A stretch of DNA of 64,000 nucleotides from Candidatus Omnitrophota bacterium. Its GTDB lineage: Bacteria; Omnitrophota; Gorgyraeia; JAGLLT01. Position numbers and translations under genes: made by a program. The stretch covers positions 142,289-206,288 of the forward strand of contig DAOVJY010000001.1 of NCBI GenBank assembly GCA_030632085.1. The letters are read 5' to 3'. Positions 60,911 through 64,000 of the stretch are shown here, piece after piece (positions within the stretch are counted from its first letter, which is position 1; each line of letters starts with the position of its first letter). The notes under the pieces are model-generated. The model was given only the letters and a program-made list of their open reading frames with translations, was not told the origin of the DNA and did not search any database.

Positions 60911-63900
60911 TTACAGAAACTATTACAAATAGACAAAGCAAAGTGCAAAAAGTCATAATAGATATAACGCAACCTATTATAAAAAGATTTTGAGGCCTAT
61001 ATTTAATGGTTAATTCTTGATTTTTTATTTCATCAACATACCAGCCGCTTGCGTAACCATTAGCAATAAAATGATTATTTAATTCAGCGCCAGAATTATC
61101 AATAAGATCCCACTGAGGATGGTAAGATTCATTAAAGACTAGAAAATATGAACCGGGCTTATCAATACATACCTTGTATTCTGTAGGATTAATTTTTTCA
61201 TAACTTACTTCTGAAACACGGAAATTATCTTTTTTATTATTAACCGGGTGAATACCTATTATATAATTTTCACCGGAATTTACCTGCTCCATTTTAACTG
61301 CCTGTATGCCGCTTTTTAAATTAGTATTCGCAAAATATACAATAGTGCTATCTTTTCTATATCTTTCTAATTTTATAGCCTCACCATTAATAAAGATTAT
61401 GTACTGCTCAGGAAGAGTATCATATGTTTCAAGGGGATAAGGATATAAACTTATACAATATTTACTTTCTAATGGTAAATTTATTTGCTTATTAAAAGTA
61501 AATTTTCCAAGGGCAGCGTCGTCTCTTATGCCAAAGCTAACTAATTTGCCTTTATAATTATCGGCTTCGGCCATATTAGCAAAAGAAAGGATATTCTCTC
61601 CCGGATTAAGTAAAATATTTTCTAGCACAATTTGTTTATTTTCTTCATTTGGCACAGGGAAAAAATTAATATACTCACCATTAAGATAGACATAAAGATT
61701 TCTATCTCTGCCAAAAGAATGAGCACTAAAAGCCAAATTGACATTCTGTGATGAAGTCGAGGCATTATTAAGAACAATATGCTCACCGTTGTTTGCCTTT
61801 AATAAATACCAGGTATCCTGGCCATCAAGTGTAATAGTCTCATCATGAAAGCCTTGATTATATTTAATCGTTATCTTTTCTTGTTCACCTTCCACTTTAT
61901 TTAAAAAATCAACATCCATTTGAGAACTGTCTAAAAATATATAGTAATCCAATGAATTCTTTTGGATATCCGTAAAACCATTATCGCCAGCTTGAAAATC
62001 ATAATTATAATAAACGATTTCATTTATCAAATCTTTTTCTATAAAGCTTCGTAAGAGGCCGTTATTGAGCTGACTTTCAAATAGCAACAAGGGCTGATCT
62101 AATAAACTTGTATTAGTTAGCGCAGCTAATACACCCAAGTCACCTTTTACTAAAGTTGCCCTGTCTTTAGTATAAATATAAGGTAAATCAACATCAGCTT
62201 TATATAAATCCCAATTTCCAAATTTTTTCTCTAAGGTTATTCCCTTTTGCCTGCTGAGCCTCTCTAAAACATATTCAGGAGAATCGATTCCATTGTCCGG
62301 AATTATATAACCAACATCATTTTCCTGTAAAACATAGCCTGCATTAAGAATGTTAAGTAATTTTACGGCCGGAAATCCTTTATTATATAACACGTCATAA
62401 AAAGCGGAGGTCACATCTTTACTTTGACTTCCGGCAAGCTGCGTATAAATATTGAACAAAACCGGCTTAAGAGAAACTTGAGTAATAAAAGGTGTAGGAC
62501 CCGAAAGCCCCCAGCTATAAGCCCAGTATTGATTGTCCGGTAAATCCATAATACGGAAATATTCATCTTTGCTGTTTATATAATCACTAAATTCAGTTAT
62601 ATATCCCGGTATAACGGCATGATTAGGCGGTAAAAATTTTCTTACCTCAGGAGAAACAAAAAATTTGCCGAATACTACCGGATAGGCATAGACCATATTA
62701 AAAATAATAAGGACCGCTATCAAGCCGCGCTTTATTAAAATTGTTTTTTGCCATTTTCTATTTTCAATAAATTCGCATAATGCTTCTACAGCCAGGCCTA
62801 TAAAGAATGCATATCCTAAGCAAGTTAAAAGCGTAAACTTATACCAAGGGCTTCTTATGATCCAGAAAAAAGGTACGTGATTAACACACCACAGATATAT
62901 ACTCCCAAATGGCGCATGAGCACCCATACTGAAAATTAAACCTAAAAGTGTAAGAGGTATAAAGAAAATTTTATATCTATTTTTACGTATAAACAATCCG
63001 CATAAAACTAATAAAGGTAGGCCCCAGCTAAGAATAATAAAAAACACATTTTCTCTAAAAACAATAGCATAAGGACAATAAGGTTCTTTCCATCCCTGGA
63101 ACCAGGTCCATATACCTTGAAGACGCAGCACATTAGATATTGATGAATTAGCGCTTATGCCCTGCAGCCACTGCAAAGCATCATCCTTAGACAAAAATGA
63201 GAACCCACTATCGGAAACACTATAAAACACCTCACCTATCCTGGGTAGAAGCCAGAATGAATTAATTAGGATAACCGGCACAAATATAGAAAACAAGTAT
63301 TTAAAAAAGAACCTTCGATCTTCGGATTTTAAAAATGTTTTCTCTTTCACTGCGTAAATAAAGAAGGATAAAAAGAATATAGGCAAGACAGCAACCAGTA
63401 GCGGTGGATTAGCTCCACTTGCCGAAGCTATTAAAGAAGCCAAACCTATTAGGGTAGCTGCCTTTAAAATACTATACTTCCTTTGCAGGCCTTTAAGGAA
63501 AATCACAACAACAAAAGGCAGTACAGTATACAAAGCAAGGTTAGCTATATTAAAACCTAACCAGATAGGATCCAAATATAGATTAAACATATAAAAACCA
63601 ACCGCTGCCAATGAAGCCAGATATTTATTTTTAGAATTCAACAATTGGCTCATCATGTAAAACATTGAAAAACCGGGCAGCATAAACCAAATTATAAATT
63701 GTATTTTCTGAATAGAAATAAGAGATAGATTTAATAATCTCAAAAAAGCCTGAAGGCCAAAAAAAGTCAGAGCAGTAAACTGAACATTATAATTAACACC
63801 TGTATTGTAAAGATTGTTCCAGCCGTACCAGGTTAAATTGAATTGCTCAAGTGTTAGGGGCAGCCTCATATCATCTGAGGTTATAACCATACCCTCATCA

Positions 63901-63980
63901 AACCATAATAATGGCGTCAGCCCCCATATAAATATTACTATTAAACAAAATAAAAGATATTTTTTTTGTGTTTTGCTCAT
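60885..63980 (-). CDS. Large GT-C membrane protein (AftD/DUF3367-like), paralog of 57752-60910
   Basis: Same motifs: FYMFNLY, GAHAPF, IRSPWYKF, ESYHPQW, NGYASGW. Confidence 0.65.
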   Translation of the reverse strand: MSKTQKKYLLFCLIVIFIWGLTPLLWFDEGMVITSDDMRLPLTLEQFNLTWYGWNNLYNTGVNYNVQFTALTFFGLQAFLRLLNLSLISIQKIQFIIWFMLPGFSMFYMMSQLLNSKNKYLASLAAVGFYMFNLYLDPIWLGFNIANLALYTVLPFVVVIFLKGLQRKYSILKAATLIGLASLIASASGANPPLLVAVLPIFFLSFFIYAVKEKTFLKSEDRRFFFKYLFSIFVPVILINSFWLLPRIGEVFYSVSDSGFSFLSKDDALQWLQGISANSSISNVLRLQGIWTWFQGWKEPYCPYAIVFRENVFFIILSWGLPLLVLCGLFIRKNRYKIFFIPLTLLGLIFSMGAHAPFGSIYLWCVNHVPFFWIIRSPWYKFTLLTCLGYAFFIGLAVEALCEFIENRKWQKTILIKRGLIAVLIIFNMVYAYPVVFGKFFVSPEVRKFLPPNHAVIPGYITEFSDYINSKDEYFRIMDLPDNQYWAYSWGLSGPTPFITQVSLKPVLFNIYTQLAGSQSKDVTSAFYDVLYNKGFPAVKLLNILNAGYVLQENDVGYIIPDNGIDSPEYVLERLSRQKGITLEKKFGNWDLYKADVDLPYIYTKDRATLVKGDLGVLAALTNTSLLDQPLLLFESQLNNGLLRSFIEKDLINEIVYYNYDFQAGDNGFTDIQKNSLDYYIFLDSSQMDVDFLNKVEGEQEKITIKYNQGFHDETITLDGQDTWYLLKANNGEHIVLNNASTSSQNVNLAFSAHSFGRDRNLYVYLNGEYINFFPVPNEENKQIVLENILLNPGENILSFANMAEADNYKGKLVSFGIRDDAALGKFTFNKQINLPLESKYCISLYPYPLETYDTLPEQYIIFINGEAIKLERYRKDSTIVYFANTNLKSGIQAVKMEQVNSGENYIIGIHPVNNKKDNFRVSEVSYEKINPTEYKVCIDKPGSYFLVFNESYHPQWDLIDNSGAELNNHFIANGYASGWYVDEIKNQELTIKYRPQNLFIIGCVISIMTFCTLLCLFVIVSVIERKHEFD

Positions 63981-64000
63981 TTTTTTTCTATTATATAGTT

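Overview
AT-rich bacterial chromosome segment, mostly minus-strand genes; gene content would fit a PVC-type lineage such as Omnitrophota (inference only). Core blocks are mntR, GH3 glucosidase, deaD, truA-asd-leuBDC, an opp/dpp ABC transporter, secG-tpiA-pgk-gap, fmt, a degenerate priA, UDG and a large surface-glycan cluster (42.9-64 kb). Two accessory regions (~5-15.4 kb and ~21.1-27.7 kb) interrupt them and share a layered architecture with no recombinase in the window. (1) About 8 dispersed copies of a sigma70-promoter + attI-like leader (TTCCTTAAAAAA-CGAAGTTCGTATATTAATT-GTTRRRY). (2) Five attC sites, two fully canonical, forming small integrase-less cassette arrays. (3) 14 co-oriented copies of a REP-like palindrome (AAAGGTGTCTGTCCCCTTT / AAGGGAGTTGACCCCTTT), mostly right after stop codons, that cut the regions into one-gene modules. 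(4) Two displaced, recoded copies of the oppF 3' end marking serial integration. The payload is TA systems, nucleases, proteases, RRM proteins, an EVE protein and a ParB-like/DNA-methylase pair. 7-bp-periodic inverted-repeat elements occur both with and without a four-helix-bundle gene.
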